DNA of 64,000 nt from an uncultured Planctomycetales bacterium (GCA_964583975.1 CAZOXU010000004.1:6100-70099), one strand, 5' to 3'; positions 1 through 9,977 are shown, counted from the first letter of the stretch. Translations and numbers: made by a program. The notes: generated by a model not told the origin, from the sequence alone.

Positions 1-673
1 TGGTTGTATAATCCATGGCACCGTATTTACGAAGTTTTTCATAAACACCAACAACGGTTGATCGTTTCTGACCAATAGCAACATAAAAACAATAAACCCC
101 CTTGCCCTTTTGATTGATGATTGTATCAATGGCTAGGGTTGTTTTTCCTGTTTTACGATCGCCAATAATAAGCTCACGCTGTCCACGTCCAACGGGTGTT
201 AAAGCATCAATAACCTTAATACCTGTTTGCATAGGTTCATGCACATTTTTACGATCAATAATCCCTGGAGCTTTAAGTTCAATCTGACGTTTTTCTTTTG
301 TTACAAGAGCTTCTTTACCATCAATAGGATTACCTAAACCATCAACAATACGACCTAAAAGAGCGTCTCCCGCTCCAACTGAAGCAATTTTGCCCGTACG
401 TTTAACTTCATCGCCTTCTTTAATAGTGCTATCACTTCCAAAGATAGCCACACCCACGTTGTTCTGCTCCAAATTGAGGGCAATACCTTTGATACCATTA
501 TTAAATTCAACAAGTTCACCAGACATAACATTGCTTAAACCATAAACACGAGCAATACCGTCACCAACATTAAGCACCGTACCTATCTCGTGAGTTTGGA
601 TTTTGCTATCAAAATTAGCCAATTCTTTTTTTAATATCGTTGTAACTTCATCGGGATTTAAGTGTTGTGCCAT
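1..673 (-). CDS. atpA: F1 ATP synthase alpha subunit, N-terminal part; the gene continues beyond the left edge of the window
   Basis: Hand translation of the minus strand from the ATG at 671-673 gives [46 protein letters not shown]...GDRKTGKTT, which contains the alpha-subunit P-loop. The ORF track omits it because it is open-ended. Confidence 0.85.
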   Translation of the reverse strand, partial: MAQHLNPDEVTTILKKELANFDSKIQTHEIGTVLNVGDGIARVYGLSNVMSGELVEFNNGIKGIALNLEQNNVGVAIFGSDSTIKEGDEVKRTGKIASVGAGDALLGRIVDGLGNPIDGKEALVTKEKRQIELKAPGIIDRKNVHEPMQTGIKVIDALTPVGRGQRELIIGDRKTGKTTLAIDTIINQKGKGVYCFYVAIGQKRSTVVGVYEKLRKYGAMDYTT

Positions 674-697
674 ACCTCACCTTTTTGGTTATCGTAC

Positions 698-738
698 GGA
701 ACGGTCGCGCCCGCCTGCCGGCGAGGCAGGACCGTTCC
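698..738. repeat. 41-nt, roughly 75% GC compound palindrome (ggaacggtc...cctgccggcgaggcagg...gaccgttcc) in the atpH-atpA spacer
   Basis: Perfect 9-bp outer inverted repeat plus an inner cctgcc/ggcagg repeat, seen directly. It abuts the atpH stop codon. Its core resembles the hairpin at 61684-61703. Confidence 0.5.
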
Positions 739-1275
739 CTACACTAATACTTTCTGTCTAAATGATTCTAACTGACTTTTAATGCTGCTATCAAACAGCA
801 TCCCTGAAGCTAGCAGACGAAAACCGCCTAAAAGCTCCCCTTTAATCTTATGCTCAATAGAAATCTCTTTTCTATACTTTTCCTGTAATTTCTTTTCAAT
901 ACTTGATACTTGGTCTTTTTGTAATTCAAAAGCTGTTTCCAAAGAGGCTATCATCTTATTGTTCTTTTCTAAATAAATCTCATCAAAACATTGCACAATA
1001 TCTGCCAAAATATTCAATCGATCTTTAACGTTTAAGAACAATAGAAAAGTGTAAAGAATTTTAGGAATTCTATTTTGAAAAACACTTTTAATAATTCGCT
1101 CTCGCTCTTCTAAAGTAAGTAAAGGATTTTGGATAAAAACTTTAAAATCACTTTTTTCTCTTAAAAGAGTCCCTATTTCCTGCATCGAAATATATACAGG
1201 ATACACCACCCCCTCTTTTTCAGATAATTCAAAAAGAGCTTGGGCATAACGGCTAGAAACGAGAAATTGACTCAT
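739..1275 (-). CDS. atpH: F1 ATP synthase delta (OSCP) subunit
   Basis: 178-aa ORF with an OSCP-like N-terminus (SRYAQALFELS). It sits between atpF and atpA as in canonical operons. Confidence 0.8.
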   Translation of the reverse strand: MSQFLVSSRYAQALFELSEKEGVVYPVYISMQEIGTLLREKSDFKVFIQNPLLTLEERERIIKSVFQNRIPKILYTFLLFLNVKDRLNILADIVQCFDEIYLEKNNKMIASLETAFELQKDQVSSIEKKLQEKYRKEISIEHKIKGELLGGFRLLASGMLFDSSIKSQLESFRQKVLV

Positions 1276-1811
1276 AGTTGCTTGATAGCCTCTTCAACTA
1301 ATTTACGGTTCTTATCTTGATCCATATTTTCTTTGATAATTTTACTAGCCAAGGCAATAGCCACTTCAGCACTTTCTTGACGCAAGGTCTTCAATAATCT
1401 TTGCTTCTCTCCTGCAATTTCTGCATGAGCCCCCTCAATAATTTCTTGAGCGTGCTGGCGACTTTTATTTTCAATATCTATTGCTAAGTCTTTGGCTGTT
1501 TTTCTGGATTGTTCAATAATCACAGAGGCTTGAAGCTTAGCTTCATCTAACACCTTTTGTCTTTCTTTTTCAATATCAGCCAATTGGGCCTTAGCCTTAT
1601 CCGCATTATCGAGCGCATCACGTATTTCTTTTTCACGCTTTTGCAAAGCTTCAAGAATTGGCTTCCAGGCGAATTTGTGCAAAATGATCAATAAAGAGAA
1701 AAATGTCACCCATGTCAGAATAAGCATCGTGACATCGGGCGTTAAAATATCTCCCTTAGGTTGATGACCTTGCGTAGCAGCTTCTACAGTTGAACCAGTT
1801 GGTGATGACAT
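1272..1811 (-). CDS. atpF: F0 ATP synthase subunit b
   Basis: N-terminal TM helix followed by a long charged coiled coil (KAQLADIEKERQK...). Position between atpE and atpH. Confidence 0.8.
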   Translation of the reverse strand: MSSPTGSTVEAATQGHQPKGDILTPDVTMLILTWVTFFSLLIILHKFAWKPILEALQKREKEIRDALDNADKAKAQLADIEKERQKVLDEAKLQASVIIEQSRKTAKDLAIDIENKSRQHAQEIIEGAHAEIAGEKQRLLKTLRQESAEVAIALASKIIKENMDQDKNRKLVEEAIKQL

Positions 1812-1831
1812 AGATTCCCTCGATAGTTAAC

Positions 1832-2071
1832 TTATTTTAATGCCAAGAAACACATAACAGCTGCGAACAAAGCCACACCTTCGATAATAGCAATACCGAT
1901 AAACATAACGGTTTGTACCTTTGCTGCTTGTTCAGGTTGGCGAGCCATAGCTGTGATAGCTGCAGAAACAATTAAACCTACACCAATACCTGCACCTACA
2001 GCAGCTAAACCAAGACCAGCCCCTGCACTGATATTTCCTAATTTTGCGATTTCAATCATTTGCGGCGTCAT
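1832..2071 (-). CDS. atpE: F0 ATP synthase subunit c (79 aa)
   Basis: MTPQMIEIAKLGN...ARQPEQ...FIGIAIIEGVALFA is a typical c-ring proteolipid. Start chosen at the internal ATG at 2071, which is preceded by AAGGGAGAA. The track ORF is extended upstream of this. Confidence 0.85.
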   Translation of the reverse strand: MTPQMIEIAKLGNISAGAGLGLAAVGAGIGVGLIVSAAITAMARQPEQAAKVQTVMFIGIAIIEGVALFAAVMCFLALK

Positions 2072-2087
2072 AAATTCTCCCTTTCTG

Positions 2088-2852
2088 TTAATGTTCTGGA
2101 TGATACATCTGACCAATAAATATGGCAGACAATAAAATAAATACATACGCCTGTAGGAAAGCCACAAAGACTTCCATACCATAGATACACACTGCGATCG
2201 GAAGCGCTGGCGCTGCGAACCATCCGAACATAATGATTAACCCTAATAAAGATAAAATGATCATGTGCCCTGCCATCATATTAGCCATCAATCGAATCAT
2301 CAAGGCACCGCTTTTAATTAATAAACTTACGACTTCAATGCAAAAAAAGAAAGGAATCAAAGGTATGGGTAAACCTGAAGGAACCATAGCTTTCCAAAAA
2401 CCTTTAACACCAACCCGTAAAAATGTACCAACTGTCAATAAAATAAAAATGATGAATGCTAATGGACCTGTGACATTCACATTAGCGGTGGCTGTCGCAA
2501 ATATTGGAATAAGACCAAGAATATTAAGGATAAGGATAAAGAAAAAGATTGTACAAAGCATTGGTGTAAAAAGAATTCCATCTTTTGGACCTAAGGAAGG
2601 AATAGCAACTTCATCCCTAACAAATATGATAAAAACTTCTAAACAATTGGTGATTCCGGTTGGAACACGATCGTGTCTGCGGTAGAAAACTAAAAACAAC
2701 ATAAGAAGAATAGCCGCACCAATGAAAAGCATTAAAGCGTGGAGACTTACAAAACCAGGAAGCTCAATAGGTGGCAAAAAAGGCAAATGCCATTCTTTTG
2801 AATTTAAAACGTGACTCATCAAATACGCATTTAAATCAAAGTTCGGATCCAT
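2088..2852 (-). CDS. atpB: F0 ATP synthase subunit a
   Basis: 254-aa polytopic membrane protein with the subunit-a C-terminal helix pair (R-containing LMANMMAGH). Operon position. Confidence 0.85.
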   Translation of the reverse strand: MDPNFDLNAYLMSHVLNSKEWHLPFLPPIELPGFVSLHALMLFIGAAILLMLFLVFYRRHDRVPTGITNCLEVFIIFVRDEVAIPSLGPKDGILFTPMLCTIFFFILILNILGLIPIFATATANVNVTGPLAFIIFILLTVGTFLRVGVKGFWKAMVPSGLPIPLIPFFFCIEVVSLLIKSGALMIRLMANMMAGHMIILSLLGLIIMFGWFAAPALPIAVCIYGMEVFVAFLQAYVFILLSAIFIGQMYHPEH

Positions 2853-2907
2853 AGTATGAAATTCATAATAGATGATAAGTAATTAGCATGCAAGCTTTTG
2901 TGTAAAT

Positions 2908-3120
2908 TTATTTTTGTTCTTTGAGCGTTTTGTATATTTCCCATACGGTGTATAGGATACCCACACCAAAACAAATTAACACATAAAAATTTTCTTTATG
3001 AAAATGTTGATCTAAAAAGTATCCTAGGAAACATAAAAATAGAATCCCCCCACCGACACTCCATGCTCGAGCCAACAAATAAGCACTTCTAAAATCTTTA
3101 GGTTCTTTTTTATTCGCCAT
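2908..3120 (-). CDS. small membrane protein, AtpI/AtpZ-like, upstream of atpB
   Basis: 70 aa with 2 TM helices. It is the first gene of the atp operon, as atpI usually is. Confidence 0.45.
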   Translation of the reverse strand: MANKKEPKDFRSAYLLARAWSVGGGILFLCFLGYFLDQHFHKENFYVLICFGVGILYTVWEIYKTLKEQK

Positions 3121-4387
3121 TTTTACCTAAAGATTGTTCTACGCAGTCAGCTAAGGCGCCAATAAAACCTGGATGACATTCAATGGCTTTGGTCATGCGA
3201 AAATCTTTAACTCCTTCATTTTCAGCCATATGCCTATACTCTATATCAATCTCACAAAGAGTTTCAATATGATCGGTCACAAATGAAATTGGTACCACTA
3301 TTAATTTTTGAACACCTTTACGGGCCAAAGTTTTTAATGCAGCATCGGTAGATGGTTGCAGCCACAACATTGGCCCTACAGCGCTTTGATATGAAATAGA
3401 CCAGGCGTGGTTTCTTTTAAGCCCACCTATAATTTGACTTACGGTTTGTGAAATCAAAAAAGCATACGGATCCCCTTCTTCCACAAAATAAAAAGGCGTA
3501 CCATGAGCAGAAAACAATAAATAAAAATCCTCAAGTCTTTCACCTGGCTTCAAAATTTCTTTTATACGATCAACAAAGGCATGGATATACCCTTCATAGA
3601 GATGGTACGAATAGCTTTCTAAGAACTGCGCCTCAGGATAACTCTTCTTAGCCTCCTCTTTGAGGTAGAAAATATTAGATGCTGTGGTTGACAACGAATA
3701 ATGCGGGTAAAGACCTAGTAATAAAATATGTTTTCTACCTGCTTTCTTAATTTCTGCAATTGTTTCGGGGGGCAATGGGGCACTATAATTGAAAGATAAA
3801 AAAACTGCAATTTTACGTCCACGCTTTTGAAGCTCTTGAGACAAAGCTTCTTGCTGTTTTATAGAGGATGGCAACAGTGGACTTCCACCGCCAATTAATT
3901 GATAACGCGCTTGGACTTCCTTCAATCTTGATCTAATCAAAATATCAGCAAAGAAAGATTGAGCAAAAGGAAAACGCAGAATTAAAGGATCATTAAACAA
4001 ACGTCTTAAAAAAGGTTCCACCTCTGCGATCGTTGCGGGTCCTCCCATATTCATAAGAACCACGGCAATATCTTCATCTTTGTAATCTCTAGATAAAACT
4101 TTAGGAAGTTGTAAATCAGCGATCTTCTCAATACGATCAATGTCCTCAGTCGTCAAACGTTGTTCTTGGTATCGAACACCAGAATTAAAAGCAATAACCT
4201 GAAAAACAAATTGTATGAGAACCCAAAACCACGGAGCCTCAAACATCCAACAAATCACAATTAAAGTTATAACAGGTAAAGATATCCCTCTGAACCAACT
4301 TGAAGAGAATTTAGATTGCCGGGCACAAAATGTCCCAGATAAAAAAGCAACTAAAATAAGGAAAAGAATATTAAAAATGAAGAACAT
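3110..4387 (-). CDS. hemH: ferrochelatase with an approximately 95-aa N-terminal membrane extension
   Basis: VVLMNMGGPATIAEVEPFLRRLFNDP and FSAHGTP are ferrochelatase signatures. The first 95 aa or so are hydrophobic (2 predicted TM helices). Confidence 0.8.
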   Translation of the reverse strand: MFFIFNILFLILVAFLSGTFCARQSKFSSSWFRGISLPVITLIVICWMFEAPWFWVLIQFVFQVIAFNSGVRYQEQRLTTEDIDRIEKIADLQLPKVLSRDYKDEDIAVVLMNMGGPATIAEVEPFLRRLFNDPLILRFPFAQSFFADILIRSRLKEVQARYQLIGGGSPLLPSSIKQQEALSQELQKRGRKIAVFLSFNYSAPLPPETIAEIKKAGRKHILLLGLYPHYSLSTTASNIFYLKEEAKKSYPEAQFLESYSYHLYEGYIHAFVDRIKEILKPGERLEDFYLLFSAHGTPFYFVEEGDPYAFLISQTVSQIIGGLKRNHAWSISYQSAVGPMLWLQPSTDAALKTLARKGVQKLIVVPISFVTDHIETLCEIDIEYRHMAENEGVKDFRMTKAIECHPGFIGALADCVEQSLGKNGE

Positions 4388-4396
4388 GGGATTTAT

Positions 4397-5455
4397 TTAA
4401 ATTTTGGAAGCTTGATAAAAATCAGAATCATTCAACGACTCAAGTTTTCCCCATTTCTGATTAAACTCGAGAATTTTCTGGGAAATAATAGACTCAACCT
4501 GCTTGATAGCTTCTTGACGTTTTTTCATATTAGTTTGAACCACCCCATCAAGAGCATCAATAGAGCTTAAGTGCACACCTTCTAATTTCCCTACTGCAGG
4601 ATCGATGTTGCGAGGCATAGAAATATCAATCAAAACCAACTTGCGGCCATTGCGAGCCTGCATGATCTGACTTATTTTCTCAACATCTAAAATATAATGG
4701 GGTGCCCCTACAGAACAAAAACATACATCGACTTCACTTAGAATTTCTTTAATATTCCAGAAGGAAGCCGCAACGCCTCCGTATTGTTGAGCTAAATCTT
4801 CAGCTTTATCGCCAGTACGATTCATTAAATAAATCTTCGACAAAGAATGGTTTTGCAAATTTCCTAAAGCGAGCTCTCCCATCTTCCCTGCTCCAATAAT
4901 CAACACCGATTTATTCTCCAGTGTTCCTAAAATTTGTTGAGCCATTTCAATAGCAGCCCAGCTAATGGAAGATCCACCAAAGCTTATATCTGTTTCTGAC
5001 TGAGCTTTTTTCCCAGCCCGAATAACAATATTGGTCAAAATATTAAAATATTTTGATAAAAGCCCAAGCTCTCGTGATCTTTCGGCCGACTTTTTAACCT
5101 GACCTAAAATCTGCTTTTCTCCCAACACTAAAGAATCCAATCCTGAAGCTACCTTTAATAAGTGCTCAATGGCTTGAGTATTTTCATAGGTATACACATA
5201 TTGATTAATATCAAAATCAAAAGAAGTTTTTTTGACTTTAGCAATGTAATCTACAACGAACTGCCGATTCAAACTGGTATCTGTTCCTTTTAAATAAACT
5301 TCAATGCGATTGCAAGTGGAAAGAACAAAAGCTTCGCTAACCAAAGGATGGTTTTTAAGCTCCAGCAGCAAAAGATCCTGCTGCATAGGATTTAAATAGA
5401 ATTTCTCACGGATTTCTATCGGAGCAGTTTTGTGATTAAGACCGGTGACGATCAT
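4397..5455 (-). CDS. hemA: glutamyl-tRNA reductase
   Basis: LSTCNRIEVY active-site motif and an NADP-binding GAGKMGE motif. Confidence 0.9.
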   Translation of the reverse strand: MIVTGLNHKTAPIEIREKFYLNPMQQDLLLLELKNHPLVSEAFVLSTCNRIEVYLKGTDTSLNRQFVVDYIAKVKKTSFDFDINQYVYTYENTQAIEHLLKVASGLDSLVLGEKQILGQVKKSAERSRELGLLSKYFNILTNIVIRAGKKAQSETDISFGGSSISWAAIEMAQQILGTLENKSVLIIGAGKMGELALGNLQNHSLSKIYLMNRTGDKAEDLAQQYGGVAASFWNIKEILSEVDVCFCSVGAPHYILDVEKISQIMQARNGRKLVLIDISMPRNIDPAVGKLEGVHLSSIDALDGVVQTNMKKRQEAIKQVESIISQKILEFNQKWGKLESLNDSDFYQASKI

Positions 5456-5458
5456 AAA

Positions 5459-7756
5459 TTATTTCTTATTATTAATTAACAAACGCAAACTATTTAAAAC
5501 AACCAAAACAGTGGATCCTTCGTGTCCAATAACGCCCACTGTTAAAGGTATGGCGCTTCCTAAAGCACTTATAACTAAGACAATAATCACTCCGAGTGAG
5601 ATCGTCAAGTTCTGTTTAATAATTCTACTTGCTTTCTGGCTGAGGTTAAAAGCAAAAATAAAATTATCTAATTTGTCCTGCATTAAAACAATGTCTGCTT
5701 GTTCTAACACCGCATCAGAACCACGCAACCCCATCCCTACCGCAACATGCGCAGCTGCCAAGCTAGGAGCATCATTTACACCATCACCTACCATAGCCAC
5801 CCTGTCGCCCTCTTTTTGCCATTGTTGAATTTTGGCTACTTTTTGTTCTGGGTGCAAAGCCGCATGAATATCAGTAATACCCACATGTCGAGCAATTAAA
5901 TTAGCTGCCTCTAATCTGTCTCCCGTCAGCATACTGACCTTAATTCCTTTAGACTGTAAATCTTTTAGAAAAGGTGCGCTGGCAGACCGAACCTGGTCCA
6001 ACAACAAAATCTGTCCTTTAACGTCGTCACTCTCAATAATGACCTCTGTGACTCCAAACTCTGGCTCGGCGAATTCTTGTAACCAAGTTTTATTCTCAAA
6101 CATGCTTCTGCGGCCAATACTAATCTTATTTTTTAAGCCATTAATTTCTGCTTGTAATCCTAAGCCGGCTAAAGATTGAAAATTTTTGACCTCTAATAAT
6201 CCCTGTTCTTTTTCTAAATAAAATTTAGCGATAGCTTTGGAAACAGGATGAGCTGAATGATGAGCTAAGGAGGCTGCTATTTTTAAAAGTTCTTTCTCCT
6301 TAGCAACTGGTGATGAATTAACCTTAATGACTTTTAATTCACCGGTAGTAAGTGTTCCCGTTTTATCTAAGGCCACCCTATTAATCTGAGCTAAATTTTC
6401 AATCGCTGCCCCACCTCTAAAAAGAACGCCTCCCTTAGCCCCTGCTGCTATCCCAGCTAGAATGGCTGATGGAATAGACAATACCAAAGCGCACGGAGAA
6501 GCAACCACCAAAAGAGTCATGGCTCGATAAAAGGCTGAGGCTTCACCAGCAGGTGCAACAAAGGCTGGCACATGTAAAACAATCCACCAAATAAAAAACA
6601 TCAAGATACTCAGACTCAAAATGCCATAAGTGTAACTAGTAGAAAATTTATCAGTAAACTTTTGGGAAGGAGCTTTGCTTTCTTGGGCCTGCTGAATCAA
6701 ATTAATAATCTTAGCCAACATACTTTCATTAGCTAATTTTAAAATACGACAGTCTACAGACCCCCACAGATTGATCGTTCCGCTAAAAACCATATCGCCT
6801 TGTCTTTTATCTACTGGGAGCGATTCTCCTGTTAGGTTGGATTCATTAGCTGCTGTCGTCCCCTGAATGATTCGAGAATCAACAGGAAATTGTTCACCAG
6901 GACGCACTCGCAAAACCATACCAACTTGTAAATTTTCAATATTAACTGTACTCTCACGACCACCTTCATCTACCACCACAGCTGTTTTTGGTGCTGCCTT
7001 AAATAAGCTTTTGATTTCTCTTTCAGTGTTGGCCATAGCCATTTCTTCTAAGGCGCCACTTAAAGAAAATAAGAATAAAAGAATTGCTCCTTCCCACCAA
7101 TGTCCAATAAATGCTGCTCCTAGCGCCACACAAATCATCAGAAAATGAACATCAAGAACACCTTTTCTTAATAATTCTAAAGTTTCTCTAAACGGGAAAA
7201 ATGCGCCAGTTAAATAAGCTATTAAATAAAACCCTAGGGCCGTCTCTTGCGGAAGAACAATTAAACTTCTTTCAAAAACAAATCCTAATAAAACAGCTAT
7301 GCCACAGATAATTGCAAAAAGCAAACGTTGCTTCCATTCAGACAAATTGGTCAGCTCAGAGGGAATAGTAAATTGTCTTGGCCGTAAATGAACCCAGGAA
7401 GAATTATGCCAACGCCAGGTACAATGCAAACCTGATACATTGGACTTTTGAATCATCACTCCTGACCCAGGTATGGTGACAAGCTTAACATTAGAAGGCA
7501 TAGGTTGGGTAACCCCTTGTTCACACAAAAGACAATCTATCTTCTGCCAAACATCTTCTATACATTTAGTATTCTTCTTAGGTTTAAACTGGGCTATAAC
7601 CCTCTCAAGCCTCTGCTTACTTTCTTTGTTTCCAAACCCATCTTCAAAAGCATACGAAAGCCTCTTGTGGACAGCATCCAATCGTACAGCTTTTAAGGAT
7701 TTATCCTCTGCAATAATCTGGGCTAATTCATTGATGATACAACGATCATTTTTCAT
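5459..7756 (-). CDS. P1B-4-type heavy-metal (Co/Fe/Zn-class) translocating P-type ATPase with an unusual roughly 150-aa Cys-rich N-terminal domain
   Basis: DKTGTLT, GDGVNDAP, SPC in the TM4 region and HEGST in the last TM (P1B-4 signatures), plus an S-x-HP motif. The N-terminus contains CIEDVWQKIDCLLCEQG and HCTWRWH. Confidence 0.8.
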   Translation of the reverse strand: MKNDRCIINELAQIIAEDKSLKAVRLDAVHKRLSYAFEDGFGNKESKQRLERVIAQFKPKKNTKCIEDVWQKIDCLLCEQGVTQPMPSNVKLVTIPGSGVMIQKSNVSGLHCTWRWHNSSWVHLRPRQFTIPSELTNLSEWKQRLLFAIICGIAVLLGFVFERSLIVLPQETALGFYLIAYLTGAFFPFRETLELLRKGVLDVHFLMICVALGAAFIGHWWEGAILLFLFSLSGALEEMAMANTEREIKSLFKAAPKTAVVVDEGGRESTVNIENLQVGMVLRVRPGEQFPVDSRIIQGTTAANESNLTGESLPVDKRQGDMVFSGTINLWGSVDCRILKLANESMLAKIINLIQQAQESKAPSQKFTDKFSTSYTYGILSLSILMFFIWWIVLHVPAFVAPAGEASAFYRAMTLLVVASPCALVLSIPSAILAGIAAGAKGGVLFRGGAAIENLAQINRVALDKTGTLTTGELKVIKVNSSPVAKEKELLKIAASLAHHSAHPVSKAIAKFYLEKEQGLLEVKNFQSLAGLGLQAEINGLKNKISIGRRSMFENKTWLQEFAEPEFGVTEVIIESDDVKGQILLLDQVRSASAPFLKDLQSKGIKVSMLTGDRLEAANLIARHVGITDIHAALHPEQKVAKIQQWQKEGDRVAMVGDGVNDAPSLAAAHVAVGMGLRGSDAVLEQADIVLMQDKLDNFIFAFNLSQKASRIIKQNLTISLGVIIVLVISALGSAIPLTVGVIGHEGSTVLVVLNSLRLLINNKK

Positions 7757-8178
7757 TGAACAATTCCAACTCCATATTCATAAACCATTTTGCCACCGTA
7801 ATAACCTGTCAAGGTTACGGTTACATTAACAATGATCAGTATTATAAAGAAGAAATTTCTAAAATATTTGCTCTTGTATTTATTGATCCACCAAATAAGC
7901 ACCAATGAGCCCCAAGCAATCCACATGGTTATCAAAGCCCAAGTTTTATGTTGGGTCAAAAGAGGATGATTCAAATGAAGCCTGACCTGTTCCCAAAGGC
8001 CGCTATAAACAACCAAGGGTGTCAGAAAAGCACCAAAACAATAAATTAAAACGGCAGCTTGTGAAACATTGCTCTTTTTAAACAAACGACTCAACAATTC
8101 AAATATCAGAGCCGTAAAAAAAAGCGCTATTGGAAAATGGACTAGCTTAGGATGCAAAGGTATTAAGAGATCTATCAT
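7753..8178 (-). CDS. DUF2231-like membrane protein
   Basis: HPKLVHFPIAL motif and 4 TM helices. Overlaps the ATPase start by 4 nt. Confidence 0.5.
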   Translation of the reverse strand: MIDLLIPLHPKLVHFPIALFFTALIFELLSRLFKKSNVSQAAVLIYCFGAFLTPLVVYSGLWEQVRLHLNHPLLTQHKTWALITMWIAWGSLVLIWWINKYKSKYFRNFFFIILIIVNVTVTLTGYYGGKMVYEYGVGIVQ

Positions 8179-8180
8179 AG

Positions 8181-8774
8181 TTATAGGCCTCCTATTACTT
8201 TAATGGCTTGTTCATATTCTTTTATATCATTAACATTATCTAGCCATCGAGGGTCTAATTGCTCAATCAAATGACTATCAGATTTAATTAAAACTTTTCG
8301 TGGACATTGAATTCCCTGTTGAAAATATTCTAATATTTGGTTGGAAGCCTTACCTTCCCAAATGGCGCATAGAGGTTCAGGCAGCCCATCCTGAGAGCTT
8401 TTAAAAGCTGTGGCAATCTTTGAAGGATCCCGCTGATTAAGCAATGTCTGCAGTGTCTCTTTGGCAACAAAGGGCAAATCACAGGCCATCACAAGCCAAG
8501 CGACATCTGGATAAGTCTTCATCGCAGATAAAATCCCACCCAAAGGACCAATGCCAGAGAATTCTTGCACATCATTAATAAAAGGGATTGTGTTATAGGG
8601 AAGTTGATCAGTTCTTTTAGATAAAAAAACCTTGCCGCAGAATTGTCCTAATAAATCGTAAACAAATTCAACCTGGGGTTTTCCATGATAACGCAACAGG
8701 GACTTATCTTGTCCCATGCGTTGACTAAACCCGCCAGCTAAAATAAGGCCATAAAGTTTTTCGGGATTGTTCAT
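8181..8774 (-). CDS. mobA: molybdenum cofactor guanylyltransferase
   Basis: LYGLILAGGFSQRMGQDKSLL MobA N-terminal motif. Start placed at the second Met; the track ORF runs to 8789. Confidence 0.7.
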   Translation of the reverse strand: MNNPEKLYGLILAGGFSQRMGQDKSLLRYHGKPQVEFVYDLLGQFCGKVFLSKRTDQLPYNTIPFINDVQEFSGIGPLGGILSAMKTYPDVAWLVMACDLPFVAKETLQTLLNQRDPSKIATAFKSSQDGLPEPLCAIWEGKASNQILEYFQQGIQCPRKVLIKSDSHLIEQLDPRWLDNVNDIKEYEQAIKVIGGL

Positions 8775-9909
8775 ACTCAATAAATCCATCAGCTTGAGCT
8801 AATGCAGAAAAGTCTCCTGAACCACCAGTAGAAACAACCTGCGCATACTTTACGCCATTTTTTTCACTCACTTGAACTGGAATAAAGGATGTTAAATCTG
8901 TTTCTACCTTGGGTAATTGTAAAAGTGAAACATAGGTTTGGTCATTCTTTAACCCAGCTAATTTTCTTAAAAAAGGAATAAGATAACGATAAGCACAAAT
9001 TTGGGTTGAAACAGGATTGCCAGGCAAAGCAAAAACAATCTTGCCAGCATTGGTTTTACCAAACCATAAAGGTTTGCCTGGTTTCTGAGCAACCTTGTGA
9101 AATAGCCTATTAACTTTTAAAACCTTTAGCACTTCTGGTACATAATCAAATTCACCCATTGAAACTCCGCCGCTTAAAACCAAAATATCAAATTCTTTAA
9201 GATTCTTAGCAATCCCGCTCAGCATCACTTTTTTATTATCTGGATAATGAAAAATTTCCGTGGTTGCTAATTGACTTGAGTCTATTAATGCTTTTAGAGC
9301 ATAACTATTCGATATTCGGGTTTGATAATCTTGAGGTTTTTTATTAATAGCAATTAATTCATCACCTGTGGAAATAATAGCAATTTTTGGCTGACAAGTA
9401 ACTTTAACTGTATTCTTACCAACAGAAGCCAACACTCCAATATGTGGAGCCCGAATCACTCCCCCTGCTTTAATAAGTAATTGCCCCTTTTTAGCATCAG
9501 TTCCTAAAAAACGTATATTCTGTTTTGGCTTAATTAAAGTCCAATCTTTCAAGGTGGCCATGTCTGTCTGAATTTGGACCTGTTCAACTGGAACCACGGT
9601 GTTGACTCCCTGAGGAAGAACAGCCCCTGTCATAATCTGCACACAATGTTCAGCTTTTTTTAGCTTATAGGGCTTATCCCCTGCAGCAATGACCTTTTCA
9701 ACAACAAACTCCCTGACACCTTTGTCATAAGCTCCTGTGTGTATCGCAATTCCATCCATCAAGGCTTTATCAAACGGTGGTTGATGGCGATCACTATAAA
9801 TATCTTCTCGTAATAAACGCCCTGCAGCTTCTGTTAAAGCTACAGATTCCATAGGTAATTGTTTTGCACTATTTAATATAAAACTTTCAGCCTGAAATAC
9901 TGAGATCAT
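8725..9909 (-). CDS. moeA: molybdopterin molybdenumtransferase
   Basis: MoeA N-, linker and C-domains (GDELI, LSGGVSMGEFDY). Confidence 0.8.
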   Translation of the reverse strand: MISVFQAESFILNSAKQLPMESVALTEAAGRLLREDIYSDRHQPPFDKALMDGIAIHTGAYDKGVREFVVEKVIAAGDKPYKLKKAEHCVQIMTGAVLPQGVNTVVPVEQVQIQTDMATLKDWTLIKPKQNIRFLGTDAKKGQLLIKAGGVIRAPHIGVLASVGKNTVKVTCQPKIAIISTGDELIAINKKPQDYQTRISNSYALKALIDSSQLATTEIFHYPDNKKVMLSGIAKNLKEFDILVLSGGVSMGEFDYVPEVLKVLKVNRLFHKVAQKPGKPLWFGKTNAGKIVFALPGNPVSTQICAYRYLIPFLRKLAGLKNDQTYVSLLQLPKVETDLTSFIPVQVSEKNGVKYAQVVSTGGSGDFSALAQADGFIEYEQSRKTLWPYFSWRV

Positions 9910-9977
9910 AGGATGCTTTCTTAAAACGATTAGGATTAAAAGGTTTGCCTGACGGCTTAGGCAGTTATTGAATTATC

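Noticed and set aside
1953-2135. 60-aa plus-strand ORF, and similar short ORFs at 782-976 and 2233-2685
   Set aside because: They are antisense to the atpE, atpH and atpB coding sequences. They are expected by chance in AT-rich DNA and have no supporting signals.
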